A stretch of DNA of 64,000 nucleotides. Source: Paraphysomonas bandaiensis (Eukaryota; Protista; Chrysophyceae). Below are positions 1 through 13,734 of the stretch, in pieces. Position 1 is the stretch's first letter. Each line of letters begins with the position of its first letter. Where the stretch lies: the NCBI GenBank assembly GCA_965644295.1, contig CBFFRP010000335.1:147330-211329 (forward strand). The letters are read 5' to 3'. The translations under genes and the position numbers were made by a program. The notes beneath the pieces were generated by a model. It was not told the DNA's origin, did no database searches, and was given only the letters and a program-made list of their open reading frames with translations.

Positions 1-306
1 TTTGCTGTGATTAGGAAATGACTACATCCAACGATCCAACAATAGCTCCCAAGTTAATATCGTTGTTGCCTTCAGATTTTAGTTTCAATATAAATTCTTG
101 ATTACTATTAAATGTTATCACCATTTTATTTTTAAAAGTGATTTTTTGATCTGAATTGGGTTCAACGGAACACTCGTATTAGCACCGGGTATTTCAGACA
201 CCCAACTTCAATACTCGGTTCGAACAGAAACTCTCTTCTATGTTAATTATGGTATTGGCAGTAATTTGAATGTGTTTTTTATGACAATAATCAATTGTAG
301 GGAAAT

Positions 307-386
307 CACAATGATGAGCCCAATACTAAAGATAGGAGCTTTACACACTCCACGTCCTAATCCATCCCCATCTTTCGTCTGATGTA
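307..386 (+). ncRNA. Candidate box C/D snoRNA (snR39/snR59/U32-like guide)
   Basis: Box C ATGATGA at 311-317, box D CTGA at 379-382, short terminal stem aca/tgt, and guide CCATCTTTCG complementary to LSU rRNA CGAAAGAUGG. Confidence 0.3.
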
Positions 387-1059
387 GAAGATCATAATGA
401 TGTTAGTGTAAGCGATATATCTTCAAAAGAATACTTACACGAGTATTACAATTAGAGAAACAGAGAGACCAGAATTGATTGGAGTAGCACTTGTGATAAA
501 TGAAAAAAATCGAGAGGTATAACTGTAAGAAGAGTATTCATATAATATATTGTGATGTTATATCGTCATTTATTGCTCGCACTTGCACAGTACGACATAT
601 TGACTGTGAACTCTTTATAAAGATTTCTTAAAATTGCCATCCATTACTTCTATATTCTCCAGGATTCCTACTTCATGCCATATCCCCTGGAGACAGTAAA
701 CATACGGGGCGGTGCGCTCGTGTCCGGCCAGGCTGGTCAACGGTACTGCTTGGTGTATTTGTATTCCGTTTCACATTTCAGCAAATGATGTAGGGCTGAA
801 GTACGAAGTGTATTCCTCTGTATTTCTCCAAGAATTCTTGGATGATACTATTTGCTCTAAAATTGTTGGTTGGATACACACACATACATCTAGAGGCTTC
901 CCATCTGTACATCTGTCCATACACACATATATATGCATGGGTTATTTCCTTCGTCCTAATCATCGCTAACAAACTCTGTTACTTCACCTGTCATCTCCTG
1001 CGTCCTGCTAGGGGATCTACGCATAATGCCCATGAATTAGCGGCATAAGAGGCGTATAT

Positions 1060-1814
1060 ATGACAATGACTGACGAGGAGATGTGTAAGAGCTTATTTGT
1101 GGGTTCATGCAGCCCGAACCCCAGTAAGAGGAGCAACACTTTTAACAGAAGCTGCATACGAAGACATTCAGACCCTCTTCTAACATCTTCTGGCGAAGGA
1201 GAAGAGTGGAAGAATCTGTTTAAGGGTAGATCTGACGACAATTTGGCTAGTGATGAGTACAGTATATACGAGACGTTCTTGCCACGCACTGAGTCTCTGG
1301 ATGCACGTATTCCGGTATCACCGGGGTCAGTACAAGTCATGAGGCGAGAGTTCATGCTACCTAGCGTTTCTCATTCTCGCAGTAAAAGTGCGAAGCAGCG
1401 TCAGAGCCATAGAGCAATTCTTCAACCAATTATGGAGCAGAAGGACAATGAAAGCTCTGAATCTCCTAGTCAGAGCCCCAAGCCTATTAAGAAAAGCATG
1501 GTATACTCTTCCAGTTTTAGTAATGCAAATTATGAATGGTGTCTTTGTAGGCTCGTTCGTTGCTTTCGTTTTCTTATCGCTCCAGCCGAGCACATACGCC
1601 AGGAAAAGAGAAAGATTGGGAGTCGAAAAAGCCTCATGCGACGAAGAAAAGCTCTGTCATACCAATAATGCGCCCACTTACTCCGGACACTGCCTTACGA
1701 TCGAATTCTCCGGAGAAACATCGCAGTACAGTAACCGTCCAAGCGGATACTAAAATTAACCCAACCCGTAGAAGATCATCTCTGTCGTCTATTCTTCCGT
1801 TTTTGAAATCTTAA
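1060..1814 (+). CDS. Hypothetical Ser-rich protein, 2 exons (1060-1500, 1551-1814)
   Basis: A GT..AG intron at 1501-1550 joins ORF 1060 in phase to ORF 1560-1814. No recognisable domain. Confidence 0.55.
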
Positions 1815-2627
1815 CTGCCTTGGTCATACCGTCAAAGAACTGTAAATACTGTGATGTTTTTCTATAGTTTGCTACATATATAAACTGACTAGGTCGCTAT
1901 ATCTATATGATTTATAATTATGTTGTGTTTGGTGAAAATGATTTCCTGCTATACCGATCTTAAATTATAAACTTTATTTAATTGGATGTCGTACTATGCA
2001 TGGCAAGCCACTAGAAAGGAATATTAACATATAACATATTGTATGCTTACTTAGTACCAGTCTTGAGTTCCGCCCACGTTTTCGTCCTGTGTGTGTTCTT
2101 GCTTAGAATGCTATAGAAAAGGTAGTCATGTTCATCATATAGTTGTTTGATGCAAGAGTGTCAAACAGGATTGAGAATTTTAAATTTAGTATCTGCCGAC
2201 ATTTTTTGCCATTATTGCGCAATTGCGACAACCACAGATTTATTGCGAAGAAATGGGCTCCTCAGTCCTGTTACTTTATTAGTGTATTAATTCATTTTCT
2301 CTGTTATTAAGTTATTAGTGCAAGCAACACGATAGTGCTGTAACCCGCGAACTATCAACTAGACGATATTACATTACCCACGAGTACAACAGCGAATAGG
2401 GACCATCATAGCAATTTCAATTGCTGACATAGCTACTATGATAGACACAATATAATCATACATTATTTTAACATTGTGCCGAATTTCAGTGTCACGATTT
2501 CTATATCGCTCGATTGCAATTATATCAGTAATATAATAGTGAGTGTCACTAATATAGAGTACTCCTTCTGGCAACACCAATGCAATGACAAGATAGAGTA
2601 AGTAGTGCACTAACTACACCGTATTAC

Positions 2628-4625
2628 CTAATAAGGGCTTCGTTTGTTGACGATATGAACACATGTATTCTCACCACTGGACACAAATACGTATTCGTTT
2701 CTGTCATCTCGTACTTCGGATTTGATGAAAACTTTGACCAAATTGTCATGAATGTCAACCGAGCTGTCTAGTAATGCAGCATCGGCGCCAAATATGGACA
2801 CCATAACCCCATCAGGGTAGTGAATTTCCGTATTGACATACACCTCCGTGGGTGTATTAATACCAGTGTCCAACACAAAGCACAGTTCAAATGACGCATC
2901 TGTTGTATCAAAACGCATTCGTGTTGGAGTACCCGCAACAGCCTACGCATAAATCGCATTCCCACAGTCAAACAAGTAAAAAACACTCTTATTCATTATC
3001 ATAGCAACAAACAGCATCGACCTGTGCATATGTTCGAGAGAAAACAGCAACCGCTTCGTCGGTAGCATCGAAACCAGAGCCTTCTAGGTGCTCCCCCCAG
3101 TACCAGTCTATCCATGAAGTGAGATGAGAGTCGGCCAGGTCCATAACCGCATTGCATTCCAAGGACCCCTGAGAAAACGTATTATATTTTGTAGCTTACA
3201 CTATAATAAGCAATGAGACGTCTCTGCATGACGTACCTCAGGCGTGGTAGGGTCGCACCCCTGCCCCCATTCCGTCAACATATACGACCCTCCCAGTTGA
3301 CTAACGTCTTCTCTGCATTGATCAAAAACCTGATTTTATCGAATGCTAAGCAGCTGAATACTTTATAGGTGTAATATACCTTCGGGCCAAACATGGCATC
3401 ACAAGTCACACGATCGAATGCTCCAGTCGAATCGTACCACCAGCAGTAGTAATGGAAAGATAATACAGACTTCCTGGTGTATGTATCACCGCCAGGAACA
3501 TGAGAGAACCCACTGCCCGATACGGTCCCATTAAAAATCATTCCCCAGGTAACTGGTTCATAAAATATGAGATGCGCTTCATCAACTGAGCGGATCGCGG
3601 ATGAGATGGTGTCGTACATAGGTTGTAGATTTATCGACCCTGCAACTCCTATGTATCATGTACCATTATTGAAATGGAAAGAGACGGGTCGTCATTAAAA
3701 AATAAAGGCAACCTCATACCAGGAAGCAACAAGCTAGGGTTTGAGTAAATATTTCCTGCCCAAGGTTCATTTATAATTTCATAGCCTAAAAGATCCTTTC
3801 CTTTAAAAGTATCCGCTACCTAGAGCGAATAGTCTTGATTAGTCACGCACATAAAAATCTACGGATACCTTCCTCCAAAACGCGGCAAAGTGATCCATCA
3901 TTCCTAAATATATGATAATATTATCAACTAGCACAAAATGGAATGCAATAAACAAAGCTACCGTTATTGTTGTCGTATATATCTTGAAATGCTGCACCAG
4001 TAGCTTCCGCGAGGTAGTTTGAGCCCCAAGGCCTATCTGAGCAGGTACCTGGTAACGGCCATGGAAACTCATGCTGAAAATGATTAGAATTAGGCATGGT
4101 AAAGAAGATGATACACGATACAGGTACTTCTATTCTAGTTACCTCAGATGATGTCGACATATCCACCAGCCACGTGGGTGCGCCATCATATTCACAGAAA
4201 TACGATGACAACACGTCCTGATGAACATCAATCAAGACATGCACACCGTGAGATTGTAGATTGTCAATTATTCCTGTCACAATATCTAGATATGTTTCGT
4301 TGTATTCTCCCTTGTTGGGCTCAGTGCCCGTCCACATAACTCCAAGACGAAGAGCGTTCAAGCCCCATTTTTGGAGGTCTTTAATGTTGTCAGTATCCAA
4401 CAATACATCAGAGTACCTATCATACATAAGAACATCGGATATGTGTACGTCTATTCACACTACTCACCACGGAAAACTCTTGTGAACCATATTAACACCA
4501 TGAAAGAATCTGACACGATTGGAGTCATCACGAATAAAAGCATCATCAGCAGATGATGAGAACTCAGCGCGCAGTGCGCTCAGAGAATTAAACAGCACCA
4601 CCGCGTATAGGAGAACACGGAGCAT
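2628..4625 (-). CDS. Endoglycoceramidase-type GH5 glycoside hydrolase, multi-exon, secreted
   Basis: Signal peptide MLRVLLYAVVLF. Motifs RVRFFHGVNMVHKSFPWY, GLNALRLGVMW, LIDVHQD, acid/base GYEIINEPWAG and nucleophile MLTEWG. C-terminal beta-sandwich starts RTYAQAVAGTP. Confidence 0.9.
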
Positions 4626-4936
4626 GCTAGACTATACCATGAAGCAAGGAGGGGATGAGATGTCTGGATATGGTGATGCTTTAATTGTTCGATCTCTTCC
4701 AAAATACCCAAATACGTTAAAAACTGCCCCTTTGCCCATTTTTATACAGAACTCCCATGAAAATCCTTGAAAACTTTAAAAATCCCATAGATTGACATAC
4801 ATGTACATGTAGAGTATTGGATACAGATACACACGAAGAAATCCGGAACTGCGGCAGCTACAGTACAGCCATGTGCCCGATACAGTCAGCCGAAGAAACA
4901 TTTCTCACCTCGGGCGATATGTAACTATTAGCTGCC

Positions 4937-7234
4937 ATGATCTTGTGGTTGAGGTTGTTTATATGGACAGTGTTGTTATCTGTGTCTGCAGAGGAGTGCG
5001 AGTATGAACGGTCTATCAAAGCTGTTAGTTGCAGAGGGTTCGCTCGTGTTCACGGGAAACTAAAACTCGATGGAGTACAGTTAGTGGGCAGTTCAGGAGC
5101 ACCAGTGCAGCTCAGAGGCGTTAGTTCTCACGGCTTGCAAGTAAGTGTAATGCATATGTACGAATGAGCCGTGCTGTTCGCTCCGTGTTCTACTCTGTTC
5201 GATGAAGATGACTGTAATATCTTATCGTGCAGTGGTTTGGTGAATGTGTCACGCTGGAATCTATAACATACTTGGTTGAAAACTGGGGTATTAACGTATT
5301 CAGGGCTGTTGTTTACATTGATGCTGACAAAGGAGGCTATTTATCAGATCCCGAATATTTCAATGAATTCGTTTCAAATATCGTCCATTGGTGTGAGCAG
5401 CTTGGTATATATGTTATTATAGACTGGCACGTGTTGTCTCAAGGAGACCCTAATACTTATCTGAGTTCACCAGGTGAAAATGCTGGCCCTGCAATTGATT
5501 TCTGGAAGTACATTGCCAATACATATAAGAATCACACGAATGTCATCTATGAGATAGCGAATGAGCCCAACAATGTACAGTGGAGCAGAGTGTTGATGTA
5601 TCACAACGCCGTCATACAAGAGATACGAAGTATTGATTCTGAAACAATTATCATTGCGGGCACCACGACATGGTAAGGAGTGTTGTGGAGTACTTGTTTG
5701 AAATAACTTCCCTTATATCCGCTCCTTTTGTCAATACAGGTCCCAGGACATCCATTTAGCGGCTGATACTCCAGTTTCTATGCCTTATCACGTCATGTAC
5801 ACATTTCACTTTTATGCGGCGACTCATAGCAGCTTGATTCCTAGAGTTTCTGAGTATATAACACGAGTACCACTTTTTGTATCTGAGTTCAGCTTGTCCA
5901 CGGCCTCTGGAGATGGATCGTACGATGGGCCAACCACGACAGAATTTTTAAATTTGTTTGCTGGACTTTCACAGAACACATCTATTGCGGGGTCTGATCC
6001 AGTTTATGTGTCCTTCACTCTGTGGAGTTATTGTGACAAATCAGAAACGTCTGCTGTGTTAAACCCAACATCGTGTAACAATTCTGCGTGGGGAGAAACG
6101 TCATGCGTAGGCACTTATCACTCAAACTACTTTCGCGAAGAAAAATTTGAGCAAAATGAGTTGAGATGCGAGTTCACATTAGCCACGGCCCCGAGCAATA
6201 TACCTACCACTATACCTACAGCTGTGCCTAGCACGCCAACACTTGATCCTACAATGACACCTACATCGCCCACAACCCATCCATCGTTTCTTCCATCCCG
6301 TTGCCCAGTAACGGAGCCAACTGGAATTCCAAGCACAGTCCCCTCACTGATGCCTTCAGGTGGACCGTCAGAGCACCCAACTCCCGTACCAAGCTTGATA
6401 CCTACTCCGTTGCCGACGAAAATACCCAGCCGTGAACCAACACAGATGCCTACAAGTACATCAGAGACCCCGACCTGCTTACCATCTGGCTGCCCTGTTC
6501 GTAGTCTCACGAGTCGTCCCACTGCAGACGATACCGTTACCCCTACGTGGATTCCAACAATTACGCCAACCCCATTATCTACCAAACCCACACAGATACC
6601 TACGACCGTATCACTTTCCCCTACCTACGTTCCGTTTGGCCGCCCTGTTTGTGTTACCACGAGCCAGCCCACCGTTATACCGACGTTGTCGTCATCTACA
6701 TCTACTCCGAGTACGTTTTATTCATATGTACCCACTGACTTCCCAGCACGTACTACTCCTACATTGGTTCCTACTTCTCCGAATGGATTGAAATCTTCTC
6801 AAACGATACGAGCAGAAGCTAGGCAAATATTCAGTGGCCACATTTTGTACGTCATGGTGAGTGTATTTGTGGTACTCGCTGTAGGATTGGGAATTTTAGC
6901 GAGGTATGTTTACGGGAAAAGTGTAGACGACCGAGTTAAATATTTGAATCCGCATGATGGAATGAACTATATCGAAACCTGTGGTGAAGATGCACTTGAC
7001 AGGAATGGTTTTCAGCCAAAGGGTCATACATGGCTTGGTACCATAACCGCCTTCATTTTTAGAAAGAAAGGGATGGATAGCATCCCGGTGCGGAATGAAG
7101 ATGACGGAGATGCTAGAACTTGTGCGGATGCAGAGAAAATGTCTGTTGCTATTAAAATGGATGTAGTACAGATGGAGCCGCAACACCCGCTGTCGCATTG
7201 TAATCATGATTCTGACGCAGGGACTAGACTATAG
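4937..7234 (+). CDS. GH5 subfamily 2-like endoglucanase with Pro/Thr stalk and C-terminal TM (exons 4937-5140, 5233-5672, 5740-7234)
   Basis: Motifs VQLRGVSSHGLQW, WGINVFR, YVIIDWH, IYEIANEP, WSQD (across an intron), HFYAATH and PLFVSEF. Long PT-rich region, then hydrophobic ILYVMVSVFVVLAVGLGILARY. Confidence 0.9.
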
Positions 7235-8660
7235 CGTGATGAATACGCTTTCATATATTGGTCTGTTGTTTGTATGCCGCTAACATACAGTTATGGCTGA
7301 CCTATATGTTTCTTTCTTGTAGACCTTGCTAAAGCGTTTTACTATTTTATAGTAATTATTAGAAACTTTATACTGCACTGATTAACCACGCGTCATTGGT
7401 CTGGGTACTAAGTTATCTCAAAGATACGTTGCAAACATCCTCTGTGCAAGTCATAGGCTGTGTAGCTGAAGATGGTGATGAGTATTGAATTATTGGATTA
7501 GTGTTCATAGTCACTAATATTATCACCGACTAAGATATTATAGTATTCTACCGTAGCAAGCTATTTGTGGTGTTGATAGGCACAAGAAACCGATATACAA
7601 GAGTTCTCATCAATAGAGCAGGTCAGAGGAGTCACTGTAGTTAAAGGTATAGTTATTCTAGACGGTCTACGTATATATATGTAGCTACAATACACTACTG
7701 TATATTTAATAGCAGGAGCTGCCTTTTACCTTCACACCATCTCTGAAAACAATGAAGCATCTTTTCTAGCGATGTATTTGTGAGATTAATTGGAGTTTAC
7801 CAACAGAAATACTTCGAAGTCCTATAGTAATAAATAAAACTCAAAAATACATCACTTTACCTACCCAAGATTCTACGGTCCATAAAAACGCTGTAAGCAA
7901 GCCCAAATATTGCACAGTGATATGTGTATATGTATAATGTTTTACATATTGCAATAGTAATACAAGTTGGACCAAAGCAATATCAATTACTCCGAAAGGT
8001 ACTGCAAGATTAGAGTGTACACAACAATCAAGTCAAGTTTCAGATTCCTCTCATACAATAATTAACGGGCCAAAGTTAGATAACGGAGTTTGATATTTCC
8101 ACCAACTGTTAGCTTTAAAACTAATCTGAGTGGCTACTTTACTTCAATGGATTCTCTGCAAACAAACACAATATAGCTATGATACATATCAGATTCGGTC
8201 TGATATCCTATTGAACTCTACCAGTACCAGCATAGGATTCAACATCTAGACATGACCGTCTCTCTCGGCTCTCTTGTGCGTGTTGTGTTGGATATACCGG
8301 TATACTCGTAGCTGATTGGCTGTTCTGCCACATCCAATCATGTGCGTAGAATAGTATCTCATTCGATATGTAGGGGCGACTTAAAATACGCTAACTACAG
8401 TTGTATTGTCGCATCACTGCGTGGAAGGGAGGCGTGCAGTTGGAGTTGTCGGCACATGTACAGAATACATACACATACATACATACACATCGTACATACA
8501 CGACATCCATGTATATATATACAAACCAATAGTGTCATATCGGTCACTGTGGTGTGAGTGTTCCACTGCATCATTGAGATCACGAAAAGCGACTGCTCAT
8601 CACAAAATTCTGTTTGTAAGGTAGTATCAGGCGGTGTGTGTATCATCCTCCTCTATTAAC

Positions 8661-9256
8661 ATGAGCAAGATGCTTGCATATCGGTCAAAGTTATTGCTGG
8701 GTGACTCGCGTGTGTTTGTCCGTAATTTCCAGTCAACAGCTTTATTGTGCAGTGGTGGAGGTGGTGGCAGACCTGGTGGCAAGCCAGGTGATCATCGTTA
8801 TCGTCATATTGTTTGTGGTATTGCTCATAGTGTGTTCTTATGACAGTTCTCAACTGGAAAATGAAGAGAGCCCTCGACGCGGGTTATAATAATGAGGAAG
8901 GAAGTAATGAAGAAGTGAAGTTAAAGTTGTCAGGCGACTTTGAAGATCTTGAGAAATTGTTCGATATGTCAGAAGCCTTAGAAGTGGACCTGACTAATAT
9001 GGATAATTTCGATGAGTTAAAAGATAGTCCTTGGGCAGACATGGATATTCCTATGGAAGAGAATGAACTTTTCGTCAGTCCCAAGGGTAGCAAGAAGAAA
9101 ACTCATGATAGGGGTCCCCGTTCTCATATCGTAACCCCTCTATTGTTTGGCTCTAACAAGGCCGCTCATAAAATCTTACGAGTGCGTGAGTATAAGAGGG
9201 AGCGCCTAATCGAGAAGGGTTTGAAGAAGCGAGCGAAGAATCTTATCGCTGCATAG
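8661..9256 (+). CDS. Hypothetical protein, probably mitochondrial (intron 8788-8846)
   Basis: Presequence-like N-terminus MSKMLAYRSKLLLGDSRVFVRNFQSTALL is spliced in frame to ORF 8840-9256, which has an acidic middle and basic tail. Confidence 0.6.
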
Positions 9257-10417
9257 GGTAGGTAATTGGGGCTGTAATTCACTTAATAAGTAGATGAAGT
9301 TCAAACGAATACTGGAAATCTCTCGTACACACATGACCATTAACAATGACAAGAGACTATGACTGTGTATTCGTTTTTAAAAATATGAAAAGCTTGCTCT
9401 ATTAAAACCTTGTCCGAATTCGATTCCTTTCTGAGTTCTTAAGGGGGAGGGGACAGTGACCAATTTTATTGTACAATACTTAGTTACGTATTTACTCAAT
9501 ATTACGCTTTACAACTCTACGGTTACGACAAACACCACTCATACTTTCACTATATACCACACACATTATACGATGTTGACACCGTATTATTCAAATATAT
9601 TAAGCTCCACCAGTCGCATAGTCATATTTACAACTTGTATTACTATTGCAATATGTAAAACATTATACGTATATACATATCATTGTGCAATATTTGGGCT
9701 TGCTTGATCGCCATTAATTTAGTGATAAATAAAGTGCTACCTGACACACACATTATGTCGTAGTGTATGTGTGCCAGTGCAGTTTTCAATCAGTTGGTGA
9801 TATTCAAAGGCGCATGTAACTTTCTTACGCCGCCAAATTTTTGGTGAAACTATTCTAGTTGGTACAATATTGGTATTTAATTTTGAATACTAAGTACTAC
9901 AACTAAATGCCTGTAACCTACTTGCACATCTAAATTTCGGTAATAAATAATAACTGAAAACAGAAAAACATACTTACTTATGACATTGTGACCGAAGCAC
10001 ATACATTAATACAGGTGATAGATTTGTGTCCACATCACACTCGAGTATTACCAAATACATACAGTGAAATGACTCATGATACTAATGGCCCATTGTCGAA
10101 ATTCACTGAATTTATAGTCAATTCCGAAATATTAATACATATCAACGAATACTGTTCCAAACCGTTAATACACCACCCATCAATTCAGATAAGGCAAAAT
10201 ACATGTAAGAACAGGTAATATATATCACCACAACATACACATAGACTCACAACTTACAGCAACAAATTATACATTGTCACACAAATAAAACATTGTCACA
10301 CATCCGTGTCATGTTCCACAGTGCTCCCGCGAGAATGCTTGTGCTGATGCATATATTCAAGCATACAGGTCATGTTATTTACACAAAGTAGTACACATGG
10401 GGCGATATGGTGCTCAT

Positions 10418-12368
10418 TCATCCGTCACGCTCCACATAGAACGATTGATTGCGGCGACGGGGTCTTGGTTTCGTTCTAAGGAGTAGAACGTCTTCTCGGT
10501 CTGAGCAGTCATTGCCCATATCAGCACTACTCCTGGGTATGCCATCAGAATCTTTTTGATGACTACACGAGGCGTCATGATTTTCAAATGAGTCAGGTTC
10601 GTACAAATGAACATGCGACCCCTCTTCACAAAGAGGCTTTAAATCTTCGGCAGTAGCCCCTGTGGCACTCATATAATCCTCTTCAGAAAGTGCATACGTT
10701 CCACTCAAGGATCGAGTCGTTAAGGTAGGATTCTGTTCAAGTGCATGGATGCGTTGTCGTCGACGACAAGCTACACCTCGCGATTGAACACGATGTCGAG
10801 GGGGTAGCGCAGTACGACTATTGGATGCACTCGCATTTTCGGATAGTGAACGCACGCGGAACATATTCATTCGGTCGTTCACAGGCATATGTTCCAGTAC
10901 CTCCGACTCATCAATAACATGTATCTGAGAGCTAGGTCGGGATCCAAAGTGCGTTAACACAGAGAGTGCCCTCATCACACGACGCTCTATAGTACTTTTC
11001 TTCCAAATAGAGTCACTACTTGGTGATATGTCGTCATGGGAATCAGTACTATTTGATGTGGCAAAGTCACTAGTATACCCACAGTCTACCTGGTTATCCT
11101 CTGACTCCCCTTTAGTCATCTCAGTATCAGTTTCGTCATCATTCTCAACAGTTTTAGGGAGAGACGACTCTCTCACCGATGTATGAGAAACTAGATCACC
11201 ATCCGTGTAAGCACGACGAACAAGAATAGGTTCACTTATAGAACTCCAATCCCCACTGGACTGTGAGGAAGGGCTCGACGGACAAAGGCAACCGGTATTA
11301 GACTCCCGGTCCCGTTCACGTCGACGGCGGTGACGACGCCCTGCCCCTCGCGGAGTGAGAGAAAAGTCAAATCCTAGGGAGGCTTCTTTGGACTTAGCTG
11401 CCAGAATTAGCTGTTTAATGGCTTCGTCTTGGCTAAAATATTCCTTCCGTGAAATTTCAATGTCGAATGAAAACAACAAAAGCAGCTGCATTTCCAGTGC
11501 ATTGACGGTTCTCACGTCATATTCAAATATGGAAGCGAAACTAGCATTATTCATTGCGAAGTCATCCCAGACTTTGGATGCCAGTAGCATGCATGTGAAC
11601 ATAACGTATTTCCAATTCAACATACATATGCGGAATTCACGGTTAGTAATCCTCGGAATACGTTCCATATAGATGAGCGCCACAACCATACATTCGTACT
11701 CCATCTGCGTGTCGTGATGAATAGTCGAAAACATTGACTTTACAGATTCCAGTGAGTATTCCTACATTCAATTGAGACAATGTCAGACGAAGTGCTGAAA
11801 CAGCATTCACAATGCAGTCCTAACATACTCTATGTCCTCAGTAATTAGGACTGAAAATATTCACAACACGGCTCGTTGAAAAACGCATTGATAGAAATAT
11901 AGAGACAAATACAAAGTGAAAAACGTGATATACTGTCATACCGATGGGTTTAACGGAATATTTTTTTGGTTAAATGCTTCATATTCCGCCGGGGGAAAAT
12001 AGTCGAGTTTCTCAGATTCTTGAATGTGAACCACAATATTCGCCGAAATACACTTGATTACATCCTCTTCAACAGTTGAAAAGTTTTCCTTGGAATTACG
12101 ACGGCTAAACCGTTTCTTCCCGTCGGGCACTAAGGGTGAGCTATCCGGAGACCAGTCCTGATGCCCCTCAGGGGTCTGTACGTTATGGCAGGTGTCCTCA
12201 TCAGCGTGAGAGCTCGATGAATTAGATATGACATGGTCACCCGCTGACACTCCAGATCGTGTTTTTAATGCGGACCGAAGATAGTCTGTGAGACAGTCAG
12301 AGAGAGTGTGTGAGTATGTATATGTATGTGTTACCCGATAGGTCGAGAGTGGGGCCTGCAGACTCCAT
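10418..12368 (-). CDS. Cyclin-Y-like cyclin with long low-complexity C-tail, multi-exon
   Basis: Cyclin box CMVVALIYMER..NWK..LLASKVWDDFAMNN..VNALEMQLL. The upstream exons at 11936-12285 and a start at 12368 are inferred from splice phase. Confidence 0.8.
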
Positions 12369-13734
12369 ACTCAGCATATCACGGCGGCATGTACTACCTC
12401 CCTGTAGACGTGTACAGGGTGTCGCAGGGGTTGAGTTGCTGATAGATATTCACTTGTGTTCGTGTCGAGGGATACTGTATGAGGAAAGAACAAGACGGCA
12501 GGGAAGACTCCATCACAATAATCTCCAACTGTATGTATACGTATATGCATGTACAGCATACAGAGTACATGTACAATATACGTAACAGTAAGAACATCTA
12601 TCAGCTGTACTTGTATACCTATACGTACGTACTCTGTGTACATACAGCAGTATATGCATATTGTACTGCTGCAGTGGTGTATCATACCCAGCCAGCATGT
12701 GATTGGCTGATCTCAAGATCTATTGCTGTCTGTGTCGATATCCAGCAATATATCAACAGCCCGACATACAATGCAGCAGATGTCGATCAAACATAAAGTT
12801 TTACATACCATGTGGGCTAGTGGTTTGCAACAACATGTATGTATAGTTCATATAATAACTGGGCCTGTCTAAAGAGACCTGATGCACGGCGAGAAAGGCA
12901 TCGAAATGAACGTACAGAGCCGTATGGAATAAAGAGATGACATACTCTCGAGGTGGAGCCCGATACTACGGTAGCAAGGTAGCAAGCAATAAAGGCAATA
13001 GAATATTATCTATATCGATATAAATTGTGTTGATATTTTTTTAAAGCGGACGTTTCCACTCTCGAGTACGATTATTTTATTCCATGTGAAAAGAGAACTT
13101 AAATGTCATTTTTAGAAGTTGTTGTCCTTATTGAAGTCTTTACCTCTTGTTGTACTGTCTCCGAATCTTATAAAGTGGAAGCCCCATCACAACAATTTAA
13201 ATAAATGTACTGAAGTTGATCAAGTAGTCATTATAGTCTCTCAACATATGTGTGGAATTCATGGCTGTAGAACAGGTGCATGCTGTATCCGTAGTGTTCA
13301 AACAGGTGTTGACTCAAACTCAGTCTATTCTATAATAACAAAGATAATCTAAATTTTGGATTAGACTAAAACTACATGGGTATTGATCGTTGCAAACGCA
13401 TATATAACTCGTGTTGTTCACATGCTGACACGTCAACTGCTAACTAATGACATTAAGTATATAACTCGTGCGTGGAGTTAATGCAAAGGTAAGTGTAGTC
13501 TATTCGTACATGACGTATCATATTTTTCAAGGTCGTCACTCTAAACTAGCAGTCCACGAATAAACTGATAACCTGGATACAAGTACTAATGCTGACACCA
13601 AATTATGATTATAAGAAACAATAGAACAGGTGAAATAAAGAAATGAACCAATAACTCGAACATTACTTAAATTCAAAACATTTAACTGGTTACAGAAGAG
13701 AAATATGTGGGTAGTAATACAAATACCACCATGT

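Noticed and set aside
6127-6791. Antisense and alternate-frame ORFs over the PT-rich stalk, and similar shadow ORFs over other genes
   Set aside because: They are by-products of the biased real CDS.
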